Shown: piece by piece, positions 1 through 10,678 of the stretch
How the letters are laid out: the number at the start of each line of letters is the position of its first letter
How positions within the stretch are numbered: position 1 is the stretch's first letter
Origin: Verrucomicrobiales bacterium
Lineage (GTDB): Bacteria > Verrucomicrobiota > Verrucomicrobiia > Verrucomicrobiales > SLCJ01
DNA: 64,000 nt
Assembly: GCA_046075565.1 (NCBI GenBank)
Contig: JBJTQJ010000112.1
Span: 25,542-89,541 of the forward strand
Direction of reading: 5' to 3'
Position numbers and translations under genes: made by a program
Notes under the pieces: generated by a model
Told to the model about the DNA's origin: nothing
Databases searched by the model: none
The model's input: the letters and a program-made list of their open reading frames with translations, nothing else

Positions 1-297
1 AACTCGCTGCAGGACCGCGCTTGCCTGCGGGTCGCCAGGGACAATCGCCGGTTTGCCATTTGAACGTGGCGCAGTGGCCGCTGTGAACTCATCCAAACGC
101 AACGGCTCGTCCTTGGGGAACCTTGTTCCATGGTCGAAGCCGTGGCATTCGTAGCAGTGTCCGGATAAGATCGGCAGGACATCGTTGCGAAAGGAGGGAG
201 GAGCATCGGCAGATTTGGCAATACCAGCACACGCCCCAACCGCGCAGAACAGCGCTAGCCAAGTTTGTCCAAGAGGGGTGGAGCGGGGGAGGGGCAT
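1..297 (-). CDS. Partial (N-terminal part only, runs off window start) PSD1/planctomycete cytochrome c domain protein, paralog of 1806..4943
   Basis: Manual translation from ATG at 297 gives [55 protein letters not shown]..., nearly identical to the N-terminus of 1806..4943; CxxCH heme motif present. Absent from the ORF track because it has no stop in the window. Confidence 0.9.
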   Translation of the reverse strand, partial: MPLPRSTPLGQTWLALFCAVGACAGIAKSADAPPSFRNDVLPILSGHCYECHGFDHGTRFPKDEPLRLDEFTAATAPRSNGKPAIVPGDPQASAVLQRV

Positions 298-338
298 CGG
301 GACTCAGGAATACCAAGGTCTTTCAGAAAGGAACGTGC

Positions 339-1802
339 TCACGCCAGAAGATCCTTGACCACATGCCCGTGCACGTCGGTGAGGCGGAAGCGGCGGCCTT
401 GAAACATATGGGTGAGACGGGTGTGATCGATGCCGAGTTGATGGAGCAAAGTGGCGTGGAAGTCGTGCACATGCACCGCACCGGGTGTGAAATGGTGTTT
501 GCTCGGTTCGATCTTTTGTCCGTCCGGACCGACGATATTGTAACCGTAATCATCGGTGGCTCCGTAGCTGCTGCCGGCTTTCACTCCTCCGCCGGCCATC
601 CAGGCGGTGAAGCAACGGGGATGGTGGTCGCGTCCGTAATCGGTTTTGGTGAGTTTGCCTTGGGAATAGGCGGTGCGTCCGAATTCGCCACCCCACACCA
701 CCAAGGTGTCGTCGAGCATTCCCCGGCGTTTGAGATCGGTCACGAGGGCGGCACAACCTTGGTCGGTTTCCTCGCATTGTCTGCGGAGCGCGGCTGGCAG
801 GTTGCCATGTTGATCCCAGCCGGGATGGTAGAGTTGGATGAAACGCACGCCGCGTTCGGCAAGGCGGCGGGCCAAGAGGCAGTTGGCAGCGAAGGTGCCG
901 GGCTGGCGTGAGTCGGGGCCGTAGAGATCAAAGGTTTCTTTGCTTTCCCCGCTGAGATCGGTCACCTCGGGCACGCTGGTCTGCATACGGAAGGCCATTT
1001 CGTATTGGGAGATGCGGGTTTCGATCTCGGGATCGAGTTCGTTCTGGTAGTCGATCTTGTTGAGAGCGGAAAGTTTGTCCAAGAGGGCGCGGCGTCCGGT
1101 CCGGCAAACCCCATCCGGGTCGGTGAGATAGAAGACCGCGTCCTTGCCCGAGGAGAAACGCACGCCCTGGTGACGCGAGTCAAGGAAGCCCGTGCCCCAG
1201 AGGCGCGCGTAAAGAGGCTGGTCGGTCGGTTTTTTCGTAACAAGCACGACGAAACCAGGAAGATTATCATTTTCGGATCCGAGACCGTAGGTGACCCATG
1301 ATCCGAGTGACGGACGACCGGCAATCTGCGAACCGGTCTGGAAGAAGGTCATGGCGGGATCGTGATTGATGGCCTCCGTCCAGAGTGATTTTACAAAACA
1401 AAGGTCATCCACGATGCCCGCGCTATGCGGCAATAACTCGCTCACCCAAGCGTCGCTTTTCCCGTGTCGGGCGAATTTGAATTGGGACCCGGCGAGCGGC
1501 AGAATGGCTTGGTTTCCCGACATGCCGGTCAAGCGCTGGCCGCCGCGAATCTCTTCGGGCAGGGGATCGCCATTGCGTTGGTTGAGCAATGGTTTGTAGT
1601 CGAAGAGATCATGTTGCGACGGGCCGCCGGACATGAAGAGATAGATGACCCGTTTCGCTTTCGGTGCGTGGTGGGCGAGCAAAGGCTCTATGGCCTCCCG
1701 GGTGGCTCCCCGCAACGGGCTTGGGAGCAAAGAAGCCAGTGCGGCTCCACCGATGCCGGTGGAGAGTCTGGAAAGAAAGTGGCGGCGGGTGATTTCCAAC
1801 AT
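339..1802 (-). CDS. DUF1501 family protein (sulfatase-like fold, Tat-like signal)
   Basis: TRRHFL N-terminus; AKRVIYLFMSGGPSQ, NHDPA, GWDQH, WGGEFGRT, GRDHHP and RLTDVHG motifs typical of PVC DUF1501 proteins; directly downstream of a DUF1553 gene. Confidence 0.92.
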   Translation of the reverse strand: MLEITRRHFLSRLSTGIGGAALASLLPSPLRGATREAIEPLLAHHAPKAKRVIYLFMSGGPSQHDLFDYKPLLNQRNGDPLPEEIRGGQRLTGMSGNQAILPLAGSQFKFARHGKSDAWVSELLPHSAGIVDDLCFVKSLWTEAINHDPAMTFFQTGSQIAGRPSLGSWVTYGLGSENDNLPGFVVLVTKKPTDQPLYARLWGTGFLDSRHQGVRFSSGKDAVFYLTDPDGVCRTGRRALLDKLSALNKIDYQNELDPEIETRISQYEMAFRMQTSVPEVTDLSGESKETFDLYGPDSRQPGTFAANCLLARRLAERGVRFIQLYHPGWDQHGNLPAALRRQCEETDQGCAALVTDLKRRGMLDDTLVVWGGEFGRTAYSQGKLTKTDYGRDHHPRCFTAWMAGGGVKAGSSYGATDDYGYNIVGPDGQKIEPSKHHFTPGAVHVHDFHATLLHQLGIDHTRLTHMFQGRRFRLTDVHGHVVKDLLA

Positions 1803-1805
1803 GGC

Positions 1806-4800
1806 TTAACGGAGGGTGATGTGGGCATCGAGGTTTGTCAAGGCCTGGGCAAGGACGGTGAAAGTGGCGGACTCGACAGGATCGGGCGCGGGATTGGCGG
1901 GAGATTCGCCGGTCTTGAGTAGGGCGGCGGCATTTTGTGGGTCGCCTTTGAAGATCTCGCGTTGTTCCCTAACAAGCTCAAGTAGAAGGTCGTGCTGCTC
2001 AGCATTCGGAGTGGTGCCGATAACTTCCCGCCATGCCCAGGCGACGCGGCTCTCGTCGTTCGGTCCCCCGGAAGCAAGTATGCGTTCCCCGAGTTTGCGG
2101 GCTGCCTCGACAAATTGCACATCATTGAGCAGGGCAAGCGCCTGGAGAGGGGTATTCGTGACCGCGCGGCGGGTGGCGCAGACATCGCGGGCACCGGCAT
2201 CGAAGGCGATCATGTTCGGAGGCGTGGTGGTGCGTCGCCAGAATGTGTAGAGCGAGCGGCGGTAGAGTCCTTCGCCTTGGTCGGGTTTGTATTCCGGGAG
2301 AAAATTATTGAGGGTTTTCCACATCGAGCCTGCGGGCTGATAAGGTTTGACGGGCGGTCCGCCGATGGTCGGCGAGAGCAGGCCGGAGAGGGAGATGGCG
2401 GAGTCGCGGAGTTGTTCGGCGCTGAGGCGACGTGCCGGACCGCGGGCGAGAAGCGAGTTGTCGGGATCGCGCTCGCGGAGAGCGGGCGAAGCGACTGAGT
2501 CCTGGCCATAGGTCGCGGAGAGGACGATTTGTTTGATCATGCGCTTTTGGTCCCAACCGGAATGGATGAAATCGCGGGCGAGCCAATCGAGAAGTTCGGG
2601 GTGGGACGGGCGTGCTCCCTGCAATCCGAAGTTGTCGGAGGTTTCAACCAAGCCACGTCCGAAGAACTGCTGCCACAGTCGGTTCACCGTGACGCGAGCG
2701 GTGAGCGGGTGGTCGGGTGAAGTGAGCCATTTTGCATAGCCAAGCCGATTGCGCGGTTGATCCTCGGGGAAAGGGGGAAGCCATGACGGGGTTTCGCGTT
2801 CCACGCTGTCGGCAGGCGATGTGTAATCGCCGCGGGCCAGGATATAGGCCGGCACCGGTTGGGCGGATTCGCGCATGGTTACGATTTCTCGCACGTTGCT
2901 TTGCGCATCGCGGTAGGCGGCCCGCGCCGCCGAGAGTTGATTCGAGAGTTCGCGGGTTGCGGGATCGACGGCCGAAACGAAATAGTCGCGAAGCGCGTTC
3001 GCATCGGCATTCATTTCACCGACATGTTTTCCTGCGTGGATGGCAGCGGTTTCTAACGGAGTGATGGCGCGCTTGTAGACACGGATATCATCGATCATAC
3101 CGCCCCGCAGACCGGGGTCGCGCGATCGGGCGGTGAATTTCAGGCCGCCCCCTATGGAGTAGTCTCGAGTCAGAGTATCCGCTGCGATGGTGGTGTCGGC
3201 GGTTTTCCCGTTTACGTAAACCTTGAGTCCCGCTGCTTTGCGAGAGCCATCGCTGGTTACAGTTACATGAGTCCAGTCGTTGACAGGAATTGTCGCGGTA
3301 GTTGTGATGGAGGCCGCGTTGCCGGGAAATTCTCGGGCAAGGGTCCAACTAAGTTTTCCATTGAATAGCAGCAATTCATACCCGGAATAAGGCACATCGG
3401 CGGACGAGCTATTGGCAAAGATTACCGCACGGGGATAGGCTTCGGCAGGCTTGACCCAGAGCGAGATCGACATTGGTTGGTCGGCATGGTGGATTCCGAA
3501 ATCAGGCAGGCGGATCGCATCGTCACCGTTGGCGAGGACACCATTGCCGGATTTGCCCGGAACAATTTGGTTCGGTCCGGGTTCGGCCTTGGCTTGACCT
3601 CCGGCCGGGGGGGTATCGAAATCGAAACGACCCGCGAGATCAATTTCTGGAAACGTGGGGTTTGAGTTGAGCCATGTTTGGAAAGAGGTTTCGGCGTTGG
3701 CGATGCCAGCGTTGAGTTCGCGTTCGCGTTCCTCGATTTTCCCTGCGCTGCTCGTGAGCTCCGCTTCCTGACTCGGCGATGGCAGTGGGAGAGTCGGTTG
3801 TGGCAGGACACCGGTTTGGTAGCCCATGATGCCGAATTCATCGATGCTGTTGAAGAAGGCGGCCATGGAATAGTAGTCCTTCATCGAGATTGGATCATAC
3901 TTGTGATCGTGGCAGCGTGAGCACTCCATGGTCAGGGCCATGAAGGCAGTGCCAATGGTATGAACGCGATCGGATATCCCATCCTGGCGGAACTCCTCCG
4001 GAACCGAGCCACCTTCATTGGTCTTGCGATGGATTCGGTTGAAGGCGGTAGCGAGTTTTTGTTCGCGCGTGGCATCCGGTAGCAAGTCGCCAGCCAGTTG
4101 CTGGATGATAAATTGATCGATGGGAAGATTGTTGTTTAAGGCGCGGATCACCCAGTCGCGGTAGGGCCACGCTTCGGTCTCAACGTCCGCCTGGTAACCG
4201 AACGAATCCGCGTAGCGGGCCACGTCGAGCCAGTGGGTAGCCATGTGTTCGCCATGGCGTGGGGAGGCCAGCAGTTTGTCCACTGCTCTCTCGCGGCCTT
4301 GCGGTGAAGTGTCGGCGAGAAAAGCATCGAGGTCCTCGCGGGTCGGCGGCAGGCCGGTCAAATCATAGCTGACGCGGCGGAACCAACGCTCCGGTGATGC
4401 GGGCGACGAGGGTGTGAGGCCTTCTTTTTCATGCCGGGCGAGGACAAACGAATCGATGGCATTCTGAGACCATTCACGGTTTTTCGTTTCTGGAACCGGG
4501 ACGGTCGCAGGAGGTGCATCAAAAGCCCAGTGTCGCTCATATTTCGCACCGGCAGCGATCCAACGTTCCAGGGTTTTGATTTGGTCCTTGCTCAGTGATT
4601 TGTGGGCCTTGGGTGGCGGCATCACCAGTCCCGGATCTTGTGAGAGAACCCGCTGTATGATCGCACTGGCCTGCGGGTCTTCAGGGACAATCGCCGGTTT
4701 GCCGTTCGAGCGTGTTGCGGTTGCCGCAGCAAAGTCATCCAAACGCAACGGCTCGTCCTTGGGGAACCTTGTTCCAGGGTCGAATCCGTGGCATTCGTAG

Positions 4801-4943
4801 CAATGGCCGGAAAGGATCGGCAGGACATCGTTGCGGAAGGAGGGTGGTGCATCGGCAGACCTGGCAATCCCAGTGCACGCCCCGACCGCGCAGAACAGCG
4901 CTAGCCAAGTTTGTCCATAAGGATTGGAGCGGGGGAGGGGCAT
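1806..4943 (-). CDS. PSD1/planctomycete cytochrome c protein (PSCyt1 + DUF1549 + LamG-like + DUF1553)
   Basis: CYECHG and [11 protein letters not shown] heme motifs, [14 protein letters not shown], central LamG-like segment (WTHVTVT...IDDIRVY), RRSLY and TNTPLQAL motifs. Start set at ATG 4943 by comparison with the paralog at 297. Confidence 0.92.
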   Translation of the reverse strand: MPLPRSNPYGQTWLALFCAVGACTGIARSADAPPSFRNDVLPILSGHCYECHGFDPGTRFPKDEPLRLDDFAAATATRSNGKPAIVPEDPQASAIIQRVLSQDPGLVMPPPKAHKSLSKDQIKTLERWIAAGAKYERHWAFDAPPATVPVPETKNREWSQNAIDSFVLARHEKEGLTPSSPASPERWFRRVSYDLTGLPPTREDLDAFLADTSPQGRERAVDKLLASPRHGEHMATHWLDVARYADSFGYQADVETEAWPYRDWVIRALNNNLPIDQFIIQQLAGDLLPDATREQKLATAFNRIHRKTNEGGSVPEEFRQDGISDRVHTIGTAFMALTMECSRCHDHKYDPISMKDYYSMAAFFNSIDEFGIMGYQTGVLPQPTLPLPSPSQEAELTSSAGKIEERERELNAGIANAETSFQTWLNSNPTFPEIDLAGRFDFDTPPAGGQAKAEPGPNQIVPGKSGNGVLANGDDAIRLPDFGIHHADQPMSISLWVKPAEAYPRAVIFANSSSADVPYSGYELLLFNGKLSWTLAREFPGNAASITTTATIPVNDWTHVTVTSDGSRKAAGLKVYVNGKTADTTIAADTLTRDYSIGGGLKFTARSRDPGLRGGMIDDIRVYKRAITPLETAAIHAGKHVGEMNADANALRDYFVSAVDPATRELSNQLSAARAAYRDAQSNVREIVTMRESAQPVPAYILARGDYTSPADSVERETPSWLPPFPEDQPRNRLGYAKWLTSPDHPLTARVTVNRLWQQFFGRGLVETSDNFGLQGARPSHPELLDWLARDFIHSGWDQKRMIKQIVLSATYGQDSVASPALRERDPDNSLLARGPARRLSAEQLRDSAISLSGLLSPTIGGPPVKPYQPAGSMWKTLNNFLPEYKPDQGEGLYRRSLYTFWRRTTTPPNMIAFDAGARDVCATRRAVTNTPLQALALLNDVQFVEAARKLGERILASGGPNDESRVAWAWREVIGTTPNAEQHDLLLELVREQREIFKGDPQNAAALLKTGESPANPAPDPVESATFTVLAQALTNLDAHITLR

Positions 4944-5114
4944 CGGGACTTGCCCATTACGACAGGAACACCACGGTCTTTCAAGGGTAAATGCGCCGGC
5001 AACCTGAACAACGGAATCCTCGCGGCGCAAAGGAGCGAGCAGAGTCGCCTGCCCGTCACCGGAAGCGATGCCGTTGTGGAAGATGGCGCTTGGCGGGAGA
5101 AAGACTCCGCGATT

Positions 5115-6047
5115 TCAGCCCCGCAACCGCTCCGCCATGGCGTCGAGTTCAGTGGTGGTGCCTGCGCTGAGCACTTCCGCCTCGGGAGCGATGCGCTTCA
5201 CCATGCCCGCGAGGGCTTTGTCGGGACCGAGTTCGAGGAAAAGTTTGGGTCCGCGCGCGATGATGCCGGCGATGCTTTCCGCCCAACGCACCGAGCCGGT
5301 CACTTGTTTGAGCAGAACCCCGCGGATTTCCTCCGGCGACGAAACCGCTTGGGCTGCAAAGTTGCTCCAGACCGGGACCGGAGGTGATTGGATGGGCAGC
5401 CGGGAGAGGGCCTCGGCGAGTCCATCCTGCGCCGATTGCATGAGCCGGGAATGATAAGCTCCGGCGACGGGCAATTTTTTCGCCATTTTGACGCCGATTT
5501 CCTTGGCTCTGGCCACCGCCTGATCCACGCCGGCTTCGGCACCGCTGAGCACGATTTGGCCGGGGGCATTGAGGTTGGCTACATCGATGTCGCACTCGGT
5601 GGCGAGCTGGCGGATGGCGGATTCCTCGCCTCCAATCATCACAACCATGGCGCCTTTGTTGGCCACGCAAGCTTCATCCATCAATTCGCCGCGACGAGCG
5701 ACAATTTTCAAGCCATCCGCGAAAGGAAAGGTGCCGACGGCGGCATGCGCGGTGAACTCGCCAAGGCTTAGCCCGGCGGCGGCGACCACCTCGAGATTCG
5801 GCACACGGGCGCGGAGTGACTGCAGGAGCATGAGGCCATGCACGTAGAGCGCGGGCTGGCAGCAGCCGGTGCGGGTCAATTCTTCCATCGGCCCTTTAAG
5901 CATGATTTTGTCCAGCGGCCAGCCGAGGGCGGCGGCGGCTTCCCCCAACATGGACTTGGCGGCGGGGTCATTGGCGACAAGATCCGCACCCATGCCGACC
6001 CGCTGGGCACCTTGTCCTGAAAATAACAATACAACCGGTGTGCTCAT
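5115..6047 (-). CDS. fabD: Malonyl-CoA:ACP transacylase
   Basis: LFSGQGAQ..GMG, QPAL, GLSLGE nucleophile motif, VANLNAPGQIVLSG, AGAYHS, ELGP. Confidence 0.95.
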   Translation of the reverse strand: MSTPVVLLFSGQGAQRVGMGADLVANDPAAKSMLGEAAAALGWPLDKIMLKGPMEELTRTGCCQPALYVHGLMLLQSLRARVPNLEVVAAAGLSLGEFTAHAAVGTFPFADGLKIVARRGELMDEACVANKGAMVVMIGGEESAIRQLATECDIDVANLNAPGQIVLSGAEAGVDQAVARAKEIGVKMAKKLPVAGAYHSRLMQSAQDGLAEALSRLPIQSPPVPVWSNFAAQAVSSPEEIRGVLLKQVTGSVRWAESIAGIIARGPKLFLELGPDKALAGMVKRIAPEAEVLSAGTTTELDAMAERLRG

Positions 6048-6099
6048 GATCGTCTCCATACCCGAGACTTCGCCACCGCGCAACCGGGGATTGGGGGAT

Positions 6100-6879
6100 T
6101 CACACCCTTTCCAACCTTTCCGGCTGGAATGTAACCACATCGACACCGGGGCTAAAATGGAAGAGCGGCGGGGTGTCGAGCGTGACGATCCCGGCGCGTT
6201 CAAGCAAGTCGTAGCGTTCGATCTGGAAGTCGGCCGATTGGAGCGGCCATTTTTCGTGGTGGACCTCCAACCGGCGGAGAGTTCGACCCCTGACCGCGTA
6301 AAGGCAGTATCGTTCCGTCAGCCATTCCTCAAGCGATCCGCGACCGGAGAAGAAGATGGGGCCGCGGCACTGGAAACGCGCCCGGAAGGCCGTTCCATCA
6401 CACCGGCGATGGGATTGGAAAACCATGCCATCATCTTCCTCTTTCCGGATCATGGCAGCGCGAAAATAGGGGATGCCGTGAAAATAACGGGCTCCGAGAA
6501 CAATCGGCAGGCAGTCGGCATCGAGGCTGAAAAACCAAACACCTGCCTTGCCATCGGCATGCACATAGGTGCGGAGATTCAGTTCGGGAAAGTGATTCAG
6601 GGGAGGAATGGATGGGAGGTTGCGCCACATCAGATCGGCCATGGTGAAGGGAACAACCGACACCCAGGCCGTCCCGTCGAACGTGTCGATCTCCAGTTCC
6701 GGTGGGATCAGCGGTCGGAGGACTCCGGCGGCGACGCGGTAATGGATGAATCCAAGATCAAGCCAGCGCTGACGCCATTGCCAGGAGCCGGAAGGCAATG
6801 GCCATGGCCGATGGTCGAGATGGCGAAGCGAGCTGTGACCAGTGGTTTGCCCGACAGGAGTTTGCTGGCCTTCTTGCAT
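6100..6879 (-). CDS. DUF2071/YqjF family protein
   Basis: HRPWPLP..WQWRQRWLDL, FPELNLRTYV, GVWFFSLDA, WLTERYCLY motifs. Confidence 0.88.
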   Translation of the reverse strand: MQEGQQTPVGQTTGHSSLRHLDHRPWPLPSGSWQWRQRWLDLGFIHYRVAAGVLRPLIPPELEIDTFDGTAWVSVVPFTMADLMWRNLPSIPPLNHFPELNLRTYVHADGKAGVWFFSLDADCLPIVLGARYFHGIPYFRAAMIRKEEDDGMVFQSHRRCDGTAFRARFQCRGPIFFSGRGSLEEWLTERYCLYAVRGRTLRRLEVHHEKWPLQSADFQIERYDLLERAGIVTLDTPPLFHFSPGVDVVTFQPERLERV

Positions 6880-6891
6880 TGCGCTGGGTGG

Positions 6892-8037
6892 TCATTTCGC
6901 CAGTTTTTCCAGACCCGATTTTCCCTTCGAAAAGGCTTCCTCGCGGATCTTTTCCTGTTCTGCTCCGAAGTCCGTAACTTCTTTCAATGCCGCGTTGAAC
7001 TTCTCCATGTCGGCGTCATTTTCGAACATAAACTGCCCATCCTGCGCTTCCCATTTTCCTTCGGCGGCGGCGAGGACTTCGATGCTTTCACCAACTTTTT
7101 CGATCATTGCAGCTTCAAGTTCCCGAATTCGGGCGCCATTCTTGGTGTTACTGCGGAAACCTTCTTCGAAACCCCGGAACCATGAAGGGTCTGAGCTCGG
7201 ATTCCCGATCGTGCTTTTTACTTTCTCCGGAAAGGTTCGCAAGTGCTCGTTGAATTTCGCACCGTATTCCGCCACTACGGCCTTGCTCTTGGCGAGGATT
7301 TCCGGGGTTTCCTTGAACCCTTTGTCTTTGGCCGCACGATCCGGATCGAGCAGTGTATCATATCCCGTCGCATTTAGGGCCTTGAGATAGCCATTTTGCA
7401 ATTCGGCCACAGCCTGGAGATTCATGCGCGAGATAGTCTGAATTTTTTCCGCCTCGGTAGCAGGATTGCCGGAAGGGGCAAGATCGAGTTGGATCGGTTG
7501 GCCGGTTTCCGCGGAAGTTTTCACTGCCTTCTCAAAAGCCGCGAGGTCCTTCACCATTTCCGTGGCGGCCTGCTTTTGCTGCTGATTCTTGTCCTCTTCG
7601 CGGCCGGTGATTCTCTTCGCCGCCGCCCCGGCAAGAAGAAAACAGGCGAGTATAATCACGATGAGAGAGTAGGAACGGTTGAGAGTGCGGCGGAATTTCT
7701 TGCCGAAAGCCAGACAGATAATGGACGCAACAACTGCCAGCAGGAAAGCGACGGCGATCAAGATGATACCGTTGCCCAAGCTGTTGCCCACTTCGGTAGC
7801 CCTATCCGCCGCTGGTTTCACCACGCCCGCGATGAGGGCGATGAGCAGCGCGATGGCACTGACATTACGGGTGCTCAATTCGGACTTCGCTTCGTCGTCG
7901 CTTGTCCCCTTTGAGGAAAACGATGGACTGCGGGTTGCGAAGTTCTGCCCGCAATTCGGGCAGACATCCGGGGTCTTCCCGGACCCGGGGGAAACATCAA
8001 GCAGGTGCCCGCAGCGGTAACAGGGAATGTTGGCCAT
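6892..8037 (-). CDS. Hypothetical membrane protein with N-terminal zinc ribbon
   Basis: CYRC...CPNC N-terminus, three hydrophobic segments, then a helical soluble C-terminal domain; in line with neighbouring minus-strand genes. Confidence 0.7.
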   Translation of the reverse strand: MANIPCYRCGHLLDVSPGSGKTPDVCPNCGQNFATRSPSFSSKGTSDDEAKSELSTRNVSAIALLIALIAGVVKPAADRATEVGNSLGNGIILIAVAFLLAVVASIICLAFGKKFRRTLNRSYSLIVIILACFLLAGAAAKRITGREEDKNQQQKQAATEMVKDLAAFEKAVKTSAETGQPIQLDLAPSGNPATEAEKIQTISRMNLQAVAELQNGYLKALNATGYDTLLDPDRAAKDKGFKETPEILAKSKAVVAEYGAKFNEHLRTFPEKVKSTIGNPSSDPSWFRGFEEGFRSNTKNGARIRELEAAMIEKVGESIEVLAAAEGKWEAQDGQFMFENDADMEKFNAALKEVTDFGAEQEKIREEAFSKGKSGLEKLAK

Positions 8038-8079
8038 GATTGGTCTTGTTAGTTTTCGCGCTTTCGACCTTTGGTTCCC

Positions 8080-9018
8080 TCACGACGTGGACATCGTCTG
8101 CACGAGCTGGGCGGCGAGGCTGATCGCCGCAATCATGCTGTCGGGGCGCGCGATGCCGCGTCCGGCAATTTCAAAGGCGGTTCCATGGTCCGGGCTGGTG
8201 CGGGGGAAGGGGAGCCCGAGGGTGACATTCACCCCTTCGCGGAAATCCACCATCTTCAGCGGGATGAGGCCTTGATCGTGATACATGCAGATCACGGCAT
8301 GGTAGTCGCGGCGGTAGGCATGGTAGAAAACGATGTCGGGCGAACAAGGGCCTTCGAAGACACCGGGATGGGTGTGATTGAGTTCCTCGACCGCCGGTCG
8401 GATGATTTCCTCGTCCTCGCTGCCGATTTTTCCTTTTTCACCGGCGTGGGGATTGAGACCCGCCACGGCGATGCGCGGGTAAGTGTGTCCGCGTTGGCGG
8501 CAGAAGTGGTGGAGCAGGCGACCGGTGCGGATGATGCCCTCGGTCGTTAGATTCCCAGGCACTTCACGTAGCGGCAGGTGAATGGTGGCCAACGCGACGG
8601 TGAGATGCGGGCCGGTGAGGCACATGGTGAAATCTGTGACACCAAATGATTCGGCATAATACTCGGTCTGGCCCGGATAGTTGAAGCCGATCTCATACAT
8701 GGCGGCTTTGTTGATCGGACCGGTGACCACACCTTGGATTTCTCCGGATTTCAACAGGGCGACGGATTCCTTCATGGCATCCCATCCTCGGCGAGCGGAC
8801 TCCGCGTCCGGTTGACCGGCGACAATCCCGGTGGTGTCGCCGATAATCCGATAGCGGACATGGCCGGGCACGAGGCCCGAGTTCACGGCTTCGTGGATGA
8901 TTTCCGGGCCGACACCGGCGGCGTCGCCGATGGTGATTCCGATGACCGGCCGGGGGTCGTTGGCGTCGTGAGTGGAGTGGTTGGGGGAAGCGGGCTGCGG
9001 CGAGGTGAGCGAGTTCAC
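8080..9018 (-). CDS. pdxA: 4-hydroxythreonine-4-phosphate dehydrogenase PdxA
   Basis: ITIGDAAGVGPE, VTGPINK, GLNPHAGE, MYHDQGLIPLK, RTSPDHGTAFEIAG. Start (GTG 9018) uncertain. Confidence 0.93.
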   Translation of the reverse strand: MNSLTSPQPASPNHSTHDANDPRPVIGITIGDAAGVGPEIIHEAVNSGLVPGHVRYRIIGDTTGIVAGQPDAESARRGWDAMKESVALLKSGEIQGVVTGPINKAAMYEIGFNYPGQTEYYAESFGVTDFTMCLTGPHLTVALATIHLPLREVPGNLTTEGIIRTGRLLHHFCRQRGHTYPRIAVAGLNPHAGEKGKIGSEDEEIIRPAVEELNHTHPGVFEGPCSPDIVFYHAYRRDYHAVICMYHDQGLIPLKMVDFREGVNVTLGLPFPRTSPDHGTAFEIAGRGIARPDSMIAAISLAAQLVQTMSTS

Positions 9019-9130
9019 AATCCCAAGCCTAGGGCGATCCGCCGTCTCAGGGAAGACGAAAACGCCAATCAGAGGAAAAATTTTGCTCGTGAACCGCCGC
9101 CGAGGACCTCTTGCCGAGGCGTCCATCCTC

Positions 9131-10516
9131 TCAGATCGCCGGGAGGCTTGCGGCGGCGACGGCCTGCCCGTGGCGTTTCATCTGCTCGTCGGGCGTTGTG
9201 ATGGTGATGACGGTAGCGAGTTCCGGGAAGGCATCAGCCAGCACGCGGTTGGCTTCCTCGATGATGATCTGACCGCCTTGGCCGGAGGTCACCCGTCCGA
9301 GGATGAGGAGTTTTTCGATCTCGTAGAAATCCGCGTAATGGGCGATGGAGTAACCGAAACAGGTGCCGATGGTGCGATAGATGCGGGCGGCATTTTCATT
9401 GCCGGATTTCATATCGGCCTGCACCTGTTCGAGTTGCTCGGCGAAGGGCATCTTTCCGAAGTCATAACCTGCCGATTTGGCCAGACGGGCCACGCCTTGT
9501 TGCGAGAAATATTGCACACCGCATCCGGTGTCACGGCTCCACTCATCGACGGGAGCGTTGTCGCGGTAGTCTACGGGCGCGAAGGCGAGTTCATTCAACC
9601 ACGGCGTGATCTGGCCTGCGCCGTTCACGTAACCAGCCGCGAGGGAAGTCCCCATCGAGATGCCGAGCACGCGGTTGCTGCCGAGGCTCATCGAGCCGGC
9701 CAAGGCGGTCACTTCGCCGTCGTTCACGACCACGAAGGGCACACCCCATTCGCGCGCGAGATTGACGAACATTTTCCGCACATGCGACTCGAACATTTCC
9801 GCAGGCACGCCGCGGAAAAGTGAAGCCGCGCGCACCTGGTTGTTCACATAGACCCCGGCGGCCGAGCCACCGATGGCATCCACTTTTCCGCCCGGCAAAT
9901 GCGCGGCCGCGCGGGCCAAGGTATCACGAATGCCCGCGAGATGGTATTCGGGATCTTTCTGGAAATATGGATCCCATTTGATTTCCTCGGAGAAAACCAC
10001 CTCCCCATTCACCACCGCGGCGGCTTTTCGATCCGAGCCACCGAGATCAAAGCCGATGCGGTTGCCATCGAGGTGACGGCCGAGACTCACCGCCGAATCC
10101 CGCGCCGCCGGAACATCCGACAGTGCCACCGATTCTACGGAGATCGGATGACCGTAAATGCGCTTTCCGATAAAGTCCCAATCGAAAGCCCTCTCTCCTT
10201 GTTCGCTGTAAATTTTTCCCAGCGCCGCCGCGATCTCGGGTGCCCCGCCGACGATGATTTGGTTCCCGCCTTTCATCCAGAGAAGAAACTTCACCACCCG
10301 CTCGACGTATTTGAGATTGTCGGCGCGGTGTTCCGGTGAATCCGGCAGAAGCGCGCTCTTCCAGAGAAAATTCAAGCCGTCCTCTCGACCAAGCGCGATG
10401 CTCACTTCACGGCGTCCCGGTGTCGAGTCCGCCAATTTCCGGTAGGCGCGATTCCACAAAACCGCCGGGGAAAATTCCGGGTCAAGCACGGGTTTGTGTG
10501 TGATATTAAACTGCAT
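9131..10516 (-). CDS. ROK family sugar kinase-like protein
   Basis: IGFDLGGSD, VVNDGEVTALAG, GISMGTSLAAG, ELAF motifs; start placed at MQFNITHKP. Confidence 0.85.
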   Translation of the reverse strand: MQFNITHKPVLDPEFSPAVLWNRAYRKLADSTPGRREVSIALGREDGLNFLWKSALLPDSPEHRADNLKYVERVVKFLLWMKGGNQIIVGGAPEIAAALGKIYSEQGERAFDWDFIGKRIYGHPISVESVALSDVPAARDSAVSLGRHLDGNRIGFDLGGSDRKAAAVVNGEVVFSEEIKWDPYFQKDPEYHLAGIRDTLARAAAHLPGGKVDAIGGSAAGVYVNNQVRAASLFRGVPAEMFESHVRKMFVNLAREWGVPFVVVNDGEVTALAGSMSLGSNRVLGISMGTSLAAGYVNGAGQITPWLNELAFAPVDYRDNAPVDEWSRDTGCGVQYFSQQGVARLAKSAGYDFGKMPFAEQLEQVQADMKSGNENAARIYRTIGTCFGYSIAHYADFYEIEKLLILGRVTSGQGGQIIIEEANRVLADAFPELATVITITTPDEQMKRHGQAVAAASLPAI

Positions 10517-10678
10517 AGCAGAATGAACGTGGGATAAATGGTTGGATTTGGATACATTGTCAGTCCAATAAAGAACGTCAAGGGCGGAAAAGTAGAATTT
10601 CCCCTCGCGGGTCAATCGACGCGGTTCGGGCTTGCTGCCCTCGGCGTAAAGTGGCTTGATTCCCTGATATTCGACCTC

